Positions 1-11,960 of a stretch of 64,000 nucleotides of DNA are shown piece after piece (within the stretch, counting starts at the first letter, position 1; each line of letters opens with the position of its first letter). Origin of the DNA: an uncultured Chloroflexia bacterium (GTDB lineage: Bacteria; Chloroflexota; Limnocylindria; Limnocylindrales; CSP1-4); the NCBI GenBank assembly GCA_963763075.1, contig CAVXNF010000005.1, positions 210,984 through 274,983 of the forward strand, in the 5' to 3' direction. The notes below the pieces were generated by a model. The model saw only the letters and a program-made list of their open reading frames with translations. It searched no databases and was not told the origin of the DNA. The position numbers and the translations under genes are program-made.

Positions 1-620
1 CGCCGCTCGACCTGGCGGCGCTCGGCGCGCGGCTCGCGTCGATCGGGGAGCGACTCGCGGGCGACGCCGCGACGGCCGGCACGCGCGTGCTGCTCGAGCC
101 GGGCCGCTGGCTCGTCGGACCCGCGGGTGCGTACGTGGCGCGCGTCGTCGACCGCAAGCGGGTGGGCGAGTCGGAGGTGGCGATCCTCGACGGCGGCATC
201 CATCACGTGCTCCGGCCGGTGCTCGTCGGCCAGCCCCACCGGGTCGTCGCGGTCACCGGTGATGCGTCCGCGCGGCGCCGGCTGCCGCCGTCACCCTCGC
301 GGGCCCGCTGTGCACCGGCCTCGACATCCTCGCCCGGGACGTCCCGCTCGGCGGGCTCCGTGCCGGCGACCTCGTCGCGGTGCTCGACGTCGGGGCATAC
401 GGCGCCACCGAGTCGATGCCGCTGTTCCTCAGCCACGCGATGCCCGCCGAGGTCGGTCGTGCGCGGCGGCACGGCGCACCTGGCCCGTCCGCGGCTCGAG
501 CCCGAGACGTGGCTCGGAACGGCACCTGGACCTGCCCGACCCGGAGGTCCCGCCCGCTTCGTGACCACCGGCCCGGGCGGGCCGGTTGTCGCGCACCCGG
601 TATACTCCCCTGGAGTATGA
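1..620 (+). CDS. Orn/DAP/Arg PLP-dependent decarboxylase (LysA-like), C-terminal part, 5'-truncated by window edge, at least two frameshifts
   Basis: Frame A reads LLEPGRWLVGPAGAYVARVV...ILDGGIHHVLRPVLVGQPHRVVAV; after a 1-nt shift near 285 frame B reads VTLAGPLCTGLDILARDVPLGGLRAGDLVAVLDVGAYGATESMPLFLSHAMPAEV, the canonical fold-III decarboxylase C-terminus. True stop is uncertain (564 or 620). Confidence 0.6.
   Translation, partial: PLDLAALGARLASIGERLAGDAATAGTRVLLEPGRWLVGPAGAYVARVVDRKRVGESEVAILDGGIHHVLRPVLVGQPHRVVAVTGDASARRRLPPSPSRARCAPASTSSPGTSRSAGSVPATSSRCSTSGHTAPPSRCRCSSATRCPPRSVVRGGTAHLARPRLEPETWLGTAPGPARPGGPARFVTTGPGGPVVAHPVYSPGV
601..619. promoter_or_regulatory. CsoR-type candidate operator palindrome (TATACTCC-CCT-GGAGTAT) abutting the copA start codon
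   Basis: Arms ATACTCC/GGAGTAT are a perfect 7-bp inverted repeat with a 3-nt spacer, in the ATAC(C-rich)/(G-rich)GTAT style of actinobacterial CsoR boxes. The copA ATG is at 617-619. Confidence 0.45.
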
Positions 621-3322
621 CTGCGACGCCTGACGCCCCCCAGCCCATCGAGATCGTCCTGCCCATCGAGGGCATGACCTGCGCGTCGTGCGTCAACCGG
701 ATCGAGCGCTTCCTCAAGAAGACGCCCGGCGTCGAGCAGGCTGCCGTGAACCTCGCCACCGAGCGGGCGACCGTCCTCGTCGATCCCGGCACGGCGGGTC
801 GCGACGAGCTCGTGCGGGCCGTCGAGGCCGCCGGCTACGAGGTCCGGCCGGAGGCGCCTGCCACCGACGCGACGGCCGCGGCCGCGTTCGATGCCGAGCT
901 GACCGAGGAGGACCGGGAGCGCGAGCGCGCCCAGCGCACGACGCTCGATCCAGGCGGTCGTCTCGATCGCGGCGGCGCTCGTGTTCATGACCCTCATGTT
1001 CGTCCCCCAGACGCGGATCGCGATGGAGGACCTCAACAAGCTCATCCTGTGGCCCGCGACGTTCATCCAGTTCTGGGCGGGCGGCCGGTTCTACCGGGCG
1101 GCGTGGCGGGCCGGGCGGCACGGCGGCATGACGATGGACACGCTGGTCGCGCTGGGGACGACCGCCGCCTGGGCGTACTCCGTGTTCGTCACGATGTGGC
1201 CCGAGAAGGTCCACGAGGCGGGCCTCCACCCCGAGACGTACTTCGACAGCGCGACGATCATCATCGGCCTGATCCTGCTCGGCCGGTGGCTCGAGGCCCG
1301 CGCGAAGGGCCGCACGACCGGCGCGATCCGGCGGCTGGTGGGGCTCCAGGCGACGACCGCCCGGCGGCTGCGCAACGGCGTCGAGGAGGACGTCGAGCTG
1401 GCGGTCGTCGTCCCGGGCGACCTGCTGCGCGTCCGGCCCGGCGACAAGGTCCCGGTCGACGGCGTGCTCGTCGAGGGCTCGAGCGCGGTCGACGAGTCGA
1501 TGCTCACCGGTGAGCCGATCCCGTCCACGAAGCAGCCCGGCGACGAGGTCATCGGCGCGACCCTCAACACCACCGGCTCGTTCGTGATGCGGGCGACGCG
1601 CGTCGGCCGCGACACCGCCCTGGCGCGGATCGTCGAGCTGGTCCAGCGCGCGCAGGGCTCGAAGGCGCCGATCCAGCGCCTGGCCGACCGGATCTCCGAG
1701 GTCTTCGTCCCGGCCGTGATCGTCGTTGCCGTCGCGACGTTCGTCGTGTGGTTCGCGTTCGGTCCGGAGCCGCGGCTCACGCTCGCGCTCACCGCGTTCA
1801 TCGGCGTCGTGATCATCGCCTGCCCGTGCGCCATGGGCCTCGCGACGCCGACGGCGATCATGGTCGGCACCGGCAAGGGCGCCGAGGCCGGGATCCTCGT
1901 CCGCGGCGGCGAGGCGCTCGAGGCGGCCGGCCGGGTCGACACCGTCGTGTTCGACAAGACCGGGACGCTCACGCTCGGCCGGCCGGTGGTGACCACGATC
2001 ACGGCCGCTGCCGGCGTCGACGAGACGCGCCTGCTCGATCTCGCCGCGTCGCTCGAGCAGGGGTCGGAGCACCCGCTGGGCGAGGCGATCGTGCGCGCCG
2101 CGCGCGAGCGCGAGCTCGGGTTCGCCAAGGCGGCCGGGTTCGAGGCGGTCGTCGGGCGCGGGGTCGCGGGCACGATCGACGGCACGAGCGTGCTCGTCGG
2201 CAGCGCCCGCCTCATGCAGGAGCGCGGGCATGCGACGTCGGGCCGCTCGCCGACGCCGCCGGCCTCGCCGCGTCCACCGGCGCCACGCTCGTGTACGTCG
2301 CGCTCGACGGCGGTCGCCGCGGGCGTCATCGCCATCGCCGACCCGGTCAAGGCCGAGTCCGCGCAGGCGGTGCGCGACCTGCGCGCGGCCGGGCTCGAGG
2401 TGTGGCTGCTCACCGGCGACGCGCGGGTCACGGCCGATGCCGTCGCGCGCCAGGTCGGCATCCCGGCGGACCACGTGATCGCCGAGGTGCTCCCCGCGCG
2501 ACAAGGACGCCACGATCGAGCGCCTCCAGGCCGAGGGCCGCCGGGTCGCGATGGTCGGCGACGGCATCAACGATGCACCCGGCCCTCGCCCGGGCGGACC
2601 TGGGCGTGGCGATCGGCACCGGCGCCGACGTCGCGATCGAGGCGTCCGACGTCACCCTCGTCGGCGGCGACCCGCGCCTCGTGCTGTCGGCGATCGCGCT
2701 GTCACGCGAGACGATCCGGGTCATCCGCCAGAACCTGTTCTGGGCGTTCGCCTACAACGTGCTCCTGATCCCGATCGCGATGGGCGTCCTGTACCCGGCG
2801 TTCGGCGTGCTGCTCAACCCGGCGCTCGCCGCCGGCGCGATGGCGCTGTCGAGCGTGTCGGTCGTCATGAACTCGCTCCGGCTCCGGGGCGTCGACGTCC
2901 GGCCGGGGCACCTCCGCGAGCTGCGTCGCGGGCCGGTCGGCCTGGTCCGCGACGGCGCGTTCCTCGTCGTCGTCGCGCTCCTGGGCCTCGGGCTCGCGAC
3001 GACGGTCGTCGCCGCGGACCGGGCCGTGACCGCGGCCCTGCCGACCGTGGCGGTGACGGCCAAGGACGTCCGGTTCTCGCCGGCCGACGTCACCGTCCGG
3101 GCAGGCGAGTGGTCGGCGATCACGTTCACCAACGCCGATCCGGTCGTCCACGACTGGATGGTCGAGGCGATCCCCAACCTCGACACCGTCGCGCGGCCCG
3201 GCCAGACGACGACGCTCCGGTTCGTCCTCGACACGCCCGGCACGTACGAGGTCCTGTGCTCGGTCCCCGGTCACGCGGAGGCCGGGATGGTCGGGACGCT
3301 GACCGTCCTCCCCGCCGACTGA
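617..3322 (+). CDS. copA: Copper-translocating P-type ATPase (CopA-like) with N-terminal HMA domain and C-terminal TM helix plus cupredoxin-like domain; at least 3 frameshifts
   Basis: MTATPD...[15 protein letters not shown] (HMA, CxxC); CPC motif ([13 protein letters not shown]); DKTGTLT phosphorylation site; [10 protein letters not shown]; C-terminal HDWMVEAIP...[17 protein letters not shown] with Cys/His/Met type-1 Cu ligands. Frame switches near 2230, 2495 and 2585. Confidence 0.85.
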
Positions 3323-3344
3323 CGGCCCGCCTACACTCGCGGCC

Positions 3345-3836
3345 ATGGGCACCCGCATCGACGTCCCCGCCGATCCGCGCGATCTCGCCGGCGACTTCGT
3401 CCACCGCTACGTCGTGGACGTCCGGTTCGGCGACACGGACGCGATGGGCCATGCCAACAACTCGCGCTTCCTGACCTACTGCGAGTCCGCCCGGATCGCG
3501 TACTGGGAGGCGGCGACCGGCGAGCCGATGGCGCTGGTCACGCACGGCGCGCAGGAGTCGCTGATCCTCGCCGACATCCGCGTCTCGTTCCGGTCGCCGG
3601 CCTACTTCGGCGAGGTGCTGACGGTCGAGTCGCGGATCGGCCGGCTCGGGCGGACGTCGTTCACGCTCGAGCACCGCTTGACGGCGGGCGAGTCGGCCGC
3701 GGGGCACGCGCGGCTGGTCGCGACCGCCGAGGGCGTCCAGGTCCTGTACGACTACGCCGAGGGCCGGCCGCGCGAGATCCCGCCCGACGTCGTCGCGCCG
3801 AGCTCGAGGCGTTCGAGGGCCGCGCCCTCCGCTGAC
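3345..3836 (+). CDS. Acyl-CoA thioesterase, hotdog fold (YbgC/4HBT-like); frameshift near the 3' end
   Basis: YVVDVRFGDTDAMGHANNSRFLTYCESARIAYWE...SFTLEHRL; the alternative frame gives a natural C-terminus ...AELEAFEGRALR and a stop at about 3836. Confidence 0.65.
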
Positions 3837-3842
3837 CCGGCG

Positions 3843-5098
3843 TCAGCCGTCGACGGCGAAGCGGCGGAAGATCGTGACCGCGTTCTGGCCGCCGAAGCCG
3901 AAGCCGTTGACCGCGACCGTGTCGACCTTCGTCTCGCGCGCGACGAGCGGCACGTAGTCGAGGTCGCAGTCCGGGTCGGGCGTGTTGAGGTTCGCGGTGG
4001 GGGAGATGACGTTGTCGCGGATCCCGCCGACCGCGGCCAGCGCGGACGCGATCCCGGCGGCACCGACGAGGTGCCCGATCATCGACTTGGGCGACGAGAT
4101 CGCGCGTGTCGCGGCGGCCGAGCCATAGGCCACCTTGATCGCCCGCGTCTCGGTCACGTCGTTGAGCGACGTCGAGGTGCCGTGGGCGACGATCCAGTCG
4201 ATCTCGTCCGGCGCGACGCCGGCGTTGCGCAACGCGCTCGTCATCGCGCGGGCCTGGCCGCGGCCGGTCGGGTCGGGGGCCGAGATGTGGAACGCGTCGG
4301 CGGTCAGGGCGCCACCGAGGACCTCGGCGATCGGCGTCGCGCCGCGCTTCAGCGCATGCTCGGCGGACTCGAGGACCATCACGCCCGCACCCTCGCCGAG
4401 GACGAACCCGTCGCGGGTGAGGTCGAACGGCCGCGACGCGGTCTCGGGCGACTCGTTGTTCTTCGACAGCGCGGTCATGTTCGAGAGCGCCGCCACGCCC
4501 ATCGGGACGATCGGGGCCTCGGAGCCGCCGGTCAGGACGACGTCGGCCTCGCCGGTCGCGATCAGCCGCAGCGCGTCGTGGAACGCGATGACCGACGTCG
4601 CGCACGCGGCGACCTGGGTCATCACGGGGCCGGTGAGCTTGTACTCCATCGACAGCATGCACGCGGCCATCGACCCGGACAGCGCCGGCACGGCGAACGC
4701 GGACACGAAGCGCGGGCCCTTGGTGTCGTGGACGTGGGTGCCGTCGATGATCGCCTCGATCCCGCCGCCGCCGGTGTTGACGACGACGCCCACGCGATCG
4801 CGCTGGTCCTCGGTCATGGCGGCGAAGTCGATGCCCGACGCCGTCACCGCCTCCTTGCCCGCGGCGGTCGCGAGGTGGATGAACCGGCTCATGCGGCGGG
4901 CCATCTTCGCGTCCATGAACTTGGTCGGGTCGAAGTCGAGCACCTCGGCCGCGATCTGGACCTCGAACGCGGACGCGTCGAACGACCGGATCCGGCGCGT
5001 GCCGGTCACGCCGTTGCGCAGGTTCGTCCAGTAGGTCTCGAAGTCGTTGCCGATCGGCATGACCGCGCCGAGGCCGGTGATCACGGCACGGCGTGAGA
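3843..5098 (-). CDS. fabF: Beta-ketoacyl-ACP synthase I/II (KasB/FabF-like), intact
   Basis: RRAVITGLGAVMPIGN...ACATS (active-site Cys)...HGTSTSLND...GHLVGAAG...NGFGFGGQNAVTIFRR; GTG start with AAAGG SD. Confidence 0.85.
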
Positions 5099-5499
5099 GG
5101 TCAGACGAGGGCACAGCACACCTTTCGGGACGGGCATCCGGCGAGGAAGATCGCCGGGATTGTAGCGAAGGCAGCGTGCGTGGCCGGGGCGGACGCAAGG
5201 CGCCGGGATCGAGGATGGTGCCCGACGCCCGCCGTCCGGCGGACGCCGGACGCACGCGAGGAGGCGGCGATGGACGAGTCCAGCGAGCGCGACCGCGGGG
5301 CAGACCCCGGGCCCGACGAGGCCACGGACACGGTCGGCCTGGGACGGGTCGTCGAGGACCACCGCCCCGCGGCGGAGCATCCGGCGACGGACCGCGCGCC
5401 CGGCACGGAGGACGAGCGTCGAGGAGGCGTCGGAGGACAGCTTCCCGGCCAGCGACGCGCCGCCGTTCACATCCGCGTCGGGCGGCTGACCGACGGTCG

Positions 5500-6776
5500 T
5501 CAGCTGCCGTCCCAGCGCTTGAAGATGACGGCGCCGTTGTGGCCGCCGAGCCCGATGTTGTTCGACAGCGCGTAGCGCACGGGCAGCTGCGTCGTCTCGG
5601 GGACGACCCAGATGTCGGCCTCCGGGTCGAACTCGCGGTAGTTGATCGTCCCGGGCACGCACTGCTCGGCGACGGTCATGACCGTCGCGAACGCCTCGAA
5701 CGCGCCGGCGGCGCCCATCATGTGGCCGGTCATCGACTTGGTGCCGCTGATCGCCAGGTTCTTCCGGTCGGATGCGGCGCGATCGCCGAACACCGTCCAG
5801 ATCGCCTCGGCCTCGCGCTTGTCGCCCAGCGGCGTCGAGGTGCCGTGCGGGTTGATCACGTCGACCTCGTCGGCCGGCACGCCCCGCCGCTCGAGCGCCG
5901 CGCGCATCGCCCGGGCCGAGCCGGAGCCGCGCTCGATCGGCTGGACCATGTCCCAGCCGTCGGCCGCGGAGCCGTAGCCCACGACCTCGGCGTAGATGTG
6001 CGCGCCGCGCGCCTTCGCGTACTCGAGGTCCTCGAGGATCAGGCTCCCCGCGCCCTCGCCCAGGACGAACCCGTCGCGGCTGCGGTCGAACGGCCGCGAC
6101 ACGTCGGTGTGCGGCTCGCCGTCGCGCGGCGAGCCCGAGCCCGCGCATGTTGCCGAACCCGGCGTGCGCGACCTCGAGCAGCGGCATCTCGCTGGAGCCC
6201 GAGATGATCGTGTGCACGTCGCCGCGGCGGATGATCTCCGCGGCCTCGCCCACGCAGTTGGTGCCGGTGGAGCAGGCGGTGACGACGCAGATGTTGTGGC
6301 CGATGGCGCCGGTCTCGATCGCGATCATCCCGGACGTGCTGTCGACGAGGCCGTTCGCGATGAACGTCGGCGCGACCCGGTTGGGGCCCTTCTGGTCGAG
6401 CACCTGCCAGTTGTCGATCATCAGCGACTGGCCGCCGGCGCCGGAGCCGAACACGACCCCGATGTCCTCGCGGTTCTCGTCGGTGATCTCGAGGCCGGCG
6501 TCCGCGACGGCCTGCTTGGCGGCCGCGACGCCGTACCACATCGTCGCCTCGGAGCGGCGCACGGCCTTCGCGTCCATCCACGCGACGGGGTCGAAGTCCC
6601 TGACCTCGCCCGCCCACTTGTGGGCGTAGCGGTCGGGATCGAACTTGGTGATGAGGTCGAGGCCGGACCGGCCGTTGACGAGGGACGCCCACGCGGTGTC
6701 CTTGTCGTTGCCGACGGGGCTGATGACGCCGAGGCCGGTCACGACGACGCGGCGGGTGAAATCGGGCTGACGCATG
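5500..6776 (-). CDS. Beta-ketoacyl-ACP synthase I/II (KasA-like), one frameshift near 6120
   Basis: MRQPDFTRRVVVTGLGVISPVGN...VVTACSTGTNCVGEA...(shift)...DGFVLGEGAGSLILE...HGTSTPLGD...GHMMGAAG...GLGGHNGAVIFKRW; GAGAGG SD before the ATG. Confidence 0.85.
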
Positions 6777-6846
6777 TTCCTCTCGGTGCTCGATGGGCTG
6801 GCCGGCGAACCGGCGAAGGTGGTGGGGGTCTGCTGGGGACGCGGGC

Positions 6847-7822
6847 CTAGCCGTCGACCGCGGCGGCGTCGGCGAACGGCACGGCGAGCCGGTCGGCGGC
6901 CGCCTTGTCGTCGGTCGCGATGGCCACGGCATCGGGCGCGATGCGCTTGATGAGGCCGGTCAGGACCTGGCCCGGACCGATCTCGATGAAGGTGGTGACG
7001 CCGTGCGCGCGCATGGCCTCGATCGCGCCGACCCAGTCGACGCCGGTCGTCAGGTGATCCACGAGCTCCGCCCGGCAGCCGTCGGCGGTGGTGATGACGC
7101 GCGCATCGGCGTTGGCCAGGAGCGGCGGCCGGGGATCGTGGAACGTGATCCCGGCGAGGACCTCGGCCATGCCCGCGGCGGCCTCGGCCATGAGCGGGGA
7201 GTGGGCGGCGACGCTGACCGGCAGCTCGATCGCGCGCTTGGCGCCGAGCTCCTTGGCGATGCCGAGCGAGGCCTCGACCGCGGCGCGCTCGCCGGACATG
7301 ACGACCTGGCCCGGGCGAGTTCCGGTTCGCGACGCCGAACACGCCATGGGCGGATGCCCGTTCGACGAGCTCGGGGATCCGCGCGTCGTCGAGGCCGATG
7401 AGGGCGGCCATGCGCCCCTCGCGCCCGGTGCCCGACGCCTGCATCAGCTGGCCGCGGCGACGGACGAGGCGGACCGCATCGCCGAGGTCGAGGGCGCCTG
7501 CGGCGACGAGGGCCGAGTACTGGCCCATCGAGTGGCCGGCCGCGAAGGCGGGCTCGGGGGCATCGATGCCGAGCTCGCCCCAGCGGGCGCGGACGGCGGC
7601 GAGGTAGGCGATGCTCGCGGCGAGGAGCGCGGGCTGCGCGTTCTCGGTGCGGTTGAGGTCCTCCTCGGGACCCTCCCACGCGAGCCGGGTGATCGGCTCG
7701 CCGAGCGCCTCGTCGGCGGCGGCGAACACGGCGGCGGCATCGGGCGAGGATTCGGCGAGGGCGCGGCCCATGCCGACGGACTGGCTCCCCTGCCCGGGGA
7801 ACACGAAGGCGATCTGGCTCAT
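6847..7822 (-). CDS. fabD: Malonyl-CoA:ACP transacylase FabD, one frameshift near 7320
   Basis: MSQIAFVFPGQGSQSVGMGRAL...GHSMGQYSALVAAG...(shift)...PGQVVMSGERAAVE...VAAHSPLM. Confidence 0.85.
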
Positions 7823-7868
7823 CGCCCGTCAGCGTAGGCTCGATGATCGTCTCGGGCCGCCAACTGCG

Positions 7869-7880
7869 TGCAAGCTTGCA
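7869..7880. promoter_or_regulatory. Perfect 12-bp palindrome TGCAAGCTTGCA in the fabD/MarR divergent intergenic region; candidate MarR operator
   Basis: AT-richer perfect palindrome in a GC-rich 104-nt divergent promoter region, flanked by an imperfect inverted repeat (CAGCGTAGGCTCG ... CGAACTTACGCTCG). Confidence 0.35.
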
Positions 7881-7925
7881 GGAATCTCCGACCGAACTTA
7901 CGCTCGACGGCGTGAGGATCCGCCC

Positions 7926-8585
7926 GTGACCGACACCGAACGCCCTGCCCAGCCGGCGCCCACGCCGCGCGCCCGCCGGCCGCGTCCCAGCGACCCCGCC
8001 GCCGGCCCCGCCCTGCCCGAGGCGCTGACCCGGACGCGCCGCCGCAAGGCCGCCCCGTCGCGGGTGATCGCCCGGGTCTTCGAGGCGGACCTGTCGGCGC
8101 CGGTCGTCGCGGCCGGCACGCGGATCCAGAACGTGCGCCAGATCTCGGAGCGGGTCGCGATGGGGCGGGCCCTGTGGCGCGAGCTGGTCGTCGGCTTCGC
8201 CTATCAGCTGGGCGAGCTCAACCTCGGGTTCACGCAGCTCGCCGCCCTGTACGTCCTCGCCGAGGGCTCCACGACGACGGTCGCCGACCTCGCCGAGGCG
8301 ATCGGGCGCTCGCCGTCCGCCACGTCACGCCTCGTCGACGGGCTGGTCAAGCGGCGGCTCGTCGAGCGGCGGCGCGAGGAGGACGACGGGCGGCTGCGCT
8401 CCGTGTGGCTCACGCCCCGCGGCCAGGCCGTGCTCCGGATGGTCGACCGGGCCCGCGCGGAGCAGTTCCTGTCCGCCGTCCGGCCGATGCCGCGCGGCGA
8501 GCGAGCGCTGATCGCGATGGGCGTCGCGGCGCTCGCGACGCATGCGATCAGCCGGCGTGGCCGGCTCGTCCGCGGCGGGAGCTGA
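7926..8585 (+). CDS. MarR-family transcriptional regulator
   Basis: Winged HTH: FTQLAALYVLAEGSTTTVADLAEAIGRSPSATSRLVDGLVKRRLVERRREEDDGRLRSVWLTPRG; GTG start; intact. Confidence 0.8.
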   Translation: MTDTERPAQPAPTPRARRPRPSDPAAGPALPEALTRTRRRKAAPSRVIARVFEADLSAPVVAAGTRIQNVRQISERVAMGRALWRELVVGFAYQLGELNLGFTQLAALYVLAEGSTTTVADLAEAIGRSPSATSRLVDGLVKRRLVERRREEDDGRLRSVWLTPRGQAVLRMVDRARAEQFLSAVRPMPRGERALIAMGVAALATHAISRRGRLVRGGS

Positions 8586-8607
8586 CCCGGGTCCTCGCGC
8601 GCGGCGA

Positions 8608-9942
8608 TCAGCCGCAGAAGGTGATGGTGGCGTCGTACAGGACGGGGAGCCCCCAGCGGAGCGACTCGACGCCGACCCGCTCGTCCACGGAGTGGAAGTT
8701 GTCGAGGAAGCCCTCGCCGGGCTCCTGGAGCAGCGGCGAGAAGCCGTAGACGGGCACGCCGAGGCGGACGAGGTGCTTGCCGTCGGTGGCGAACGGCGCG
8801 AGCATCGGGACCGGGATGCCGTCCGGGTCGGCCGCCCGGATCGTGTCCGCCAGGAGCTCGTACACGTCGCCGACCGGCATCTCGAACGGGATCGCGCTGT
8901 GGAGGTGCTCGAGCTCGCAGACGGGCACGAGGTCGCCCAGCCGCGCGAGGAGCTCCTCGCGGATGTCGCCCGGGCGTCGTGCCGGGGAGCGGCCGGATGT
9001 CGACCTCGACCGTGGCGTCGCCGGGGATGACGTTGTACTTCATCCCCGCGTGGATGACGTCCGGGCTGAACGTGTCGCGGATGACCGCGCGCAGGATCCG
9101 CGCGTGGATCGGGTCGCACAGCGCGCCGATCGCGAGCTCGGCCCGGCGCGGATCGTCGCCCGTCGCCGCGTCCAGGAGCCGCCGCTGGTCCTCGCCCAGG
9201 GCCGCGCTCACCTCGTCGAGCAGCCGCCGCACGACCGGCGTGATCCGCGGCTCGCCCGGCGTCGCGAGGCGGCGGACGACCTCGGCCGCGAGGACCGCGG
9301 CGTTGTCGTCGCGGGGCAGCGACCCGTGCCCCTGCGTCCCCTTGACGTGGATCCGGTAGACCTCGTGGCCCTTCTCCGCGACCTGGATCGGGTAGAAGCG
9401 GCGCCCCCGGCGTCGGCGCTGACGCCGCCCGCCTCGCTGAACGCGGCGGCGGCCCGCAGCAGCTCCGGCCGGTTGTCGACGATCCAGCCGGCCCCCTCCC
9501 AGCCGCCGTTCTCCTCGTCCGCGGTGGAGGCGAACAGGATGTCGCGGCGGAGCCCGGGGATGGGGTCGGTGGCGGGGTCGAGGCCGGCGTCGCGTGCCCG
9601 CGCGGCGAGCAGCCGCATGACGCCGACCGAGAGCGCGACCATCGCCTTCATGTCGACCGCGCCACGGCCGTAGACGTAGCCGTCGGCGACGTCGCCGTCG
9701 AACGGCCCGTGCGTCCAGCCCTCGGGTGCGGCGGCGACGACGTCGAGGTGGGAGAGGATGAGCAGCGGGTCGCCGCCGGTGCCGTCGCCGCGGAGGCGGG
9801 CGACCACCGAGCCGCGGCCGGGGAACGGCTCCAGGACCTCGGGGACGAGGCCGAACGAGCGCAGCTCGGCGGCGATCCGCTCCGCGGCCACGAGCTCCGG
9901 GCCGGGCGGGTCCGGCGGGTTGATCGACGGGATGCGCAGCAT
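8608..9942 (-). CDS. M20-family metallopeptidase (ArgE/DapE/CPG2-like), at least 2 frameshifts
   Basis: LILSHLDVVAA...GYVYGRGAVDMKAMV...ADEENGG; middle and C-terminal parts lie in two other frames (...GMKYNVIPGDATVEVDIRPLPG ... PVYGFSPL...LYDATITFCG). Confidence 0.75.
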
Positions 9943-10044
9943 GCTCGCGCAGGAACCCGATCAGGTGGTCGTGGGCGTCGGCCCATGCCTCGTTCGACAG
10001 CGCGGCCGACGGTCGGCGGGCGGGCGTGGGCGCGAGGGGCACCC

Positions 10045-10308
10045 TCAGCTGCCGGTGATGATCGCGCCGGCGATCCCCAGCACGAACCCGAGCAGGACGA
10101 TCGCGATGATCATCCCGAGGAGGATCCGGACGTACGGGCGCTCGGCCGCGAGGGTGGCCGGCAGGTCCGGGTCGTCGCCGCCCGCGATGTACGGCTTCGG
10201 CAGGCCGCGCTTGCGGGCCGCGACGTTCCGGTACTCGTCGTAGCGCTCCGGGTCGGGCGGCAGCGACGAGCGATCGTCCGCGGCGGGGGCGGTGGGCTGG
10301 CTGGTCAC
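10045..10308 (-). CDS. Small membrane protein (87 aa), hypothetical
   Basis: Pro/acidic N-terminal region followed by a single TM helix ILLGMIIAIVLLGFVLGIAGAIITGS; stop/start overlap with the next gene on this strand. Confidence 0.5.
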   Translation of the reverse strand: MTSQPTAPAADDRSSLPPDPERYDEYRNVAARKRGLPKPYIAGGDDPDLPATLAAERPYVRILLGMIIAIVLLGFVLGIAGAIITGS

Positions 10309-10337
10309 GCCCCCATCATGCCGCAGGTCGTCCGGCG

Positions 10338-10835
10338 GGGCCGCCGTGTCAGCCCTTCGACGCCAGCGCGTCGTTCAGCGTCGCCTCGAGCTCCGGGTCC
10401 AGCGTCGTCTGGAACACCTTGCCGTTGAACGGCTGCGAGCGCCTGGGACAGGGCGCCGGCGTGCCCGGTGACGATCACGAACAGCGCCGACGTGCCCGGC
10501 GTGAGCTCCGCGGTGACGTCGTCGACGAACTTGGGATCGACGCTCTGGCCCATCGACCGGCCGAACAGCGCGCCGATCGCGCCGCCCGCGACGATCCCGA
10601 ACAGCGGCAGGAAGAACAGGCCGAGCAGCAGGCCGAGGAAGCCGCCGATGATCGCCCCGGTCTTCGTGTCCGACGAGACCTCGTTGGTGACGTGGGTCTT
10701 GCCGTCGGCGTCCTTCGTGATCACGGCCGAGTCGCCGATCTCGAGCTGGCCGGCCTTGGCGAGGTCGCGGACACGGGCGAGCGCCGTCTGCCCATCGGCC
10801 TCGTTGGCGAACGTGACGACGACCAGGTCCTTCAT
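10338..10835 (-). CDS. DUF1269-family membrane protein, one frameshift near 10395
   Basis: MKDLVVVTFANEADGQTALARVRDLAKAGQLEIGDSAVITKDADGKTHV plus a Gly-rich TM segment; the alternative frame restores the C-terminus QPFNGKVFQTTLDPELEATLNDALASKG. Confidence 0.7.
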
Positions 10836-10938
10836 CGGGTGCCTCCGTGCAGGGCGTGCGGGCGGGTGATGCCCGGTGCGCGAGCCGCCATCATGCCCCG
10901 CCCGGCGCGCGCGGTCACCCCCTCGCCCGGGTGACGGA

Positions 10939-11960
<1,022 letters not shown>

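Noticed and set aside
5099-5499. Possible acpM-like acyl-carrier-protein gene between the two KAS genes
   Set aside because: All three minus-strand frames were translated. No DSL phosphopantetheine motif or ACP-like helix pattern was found, only low-complexity Arg/Pro-rich text.
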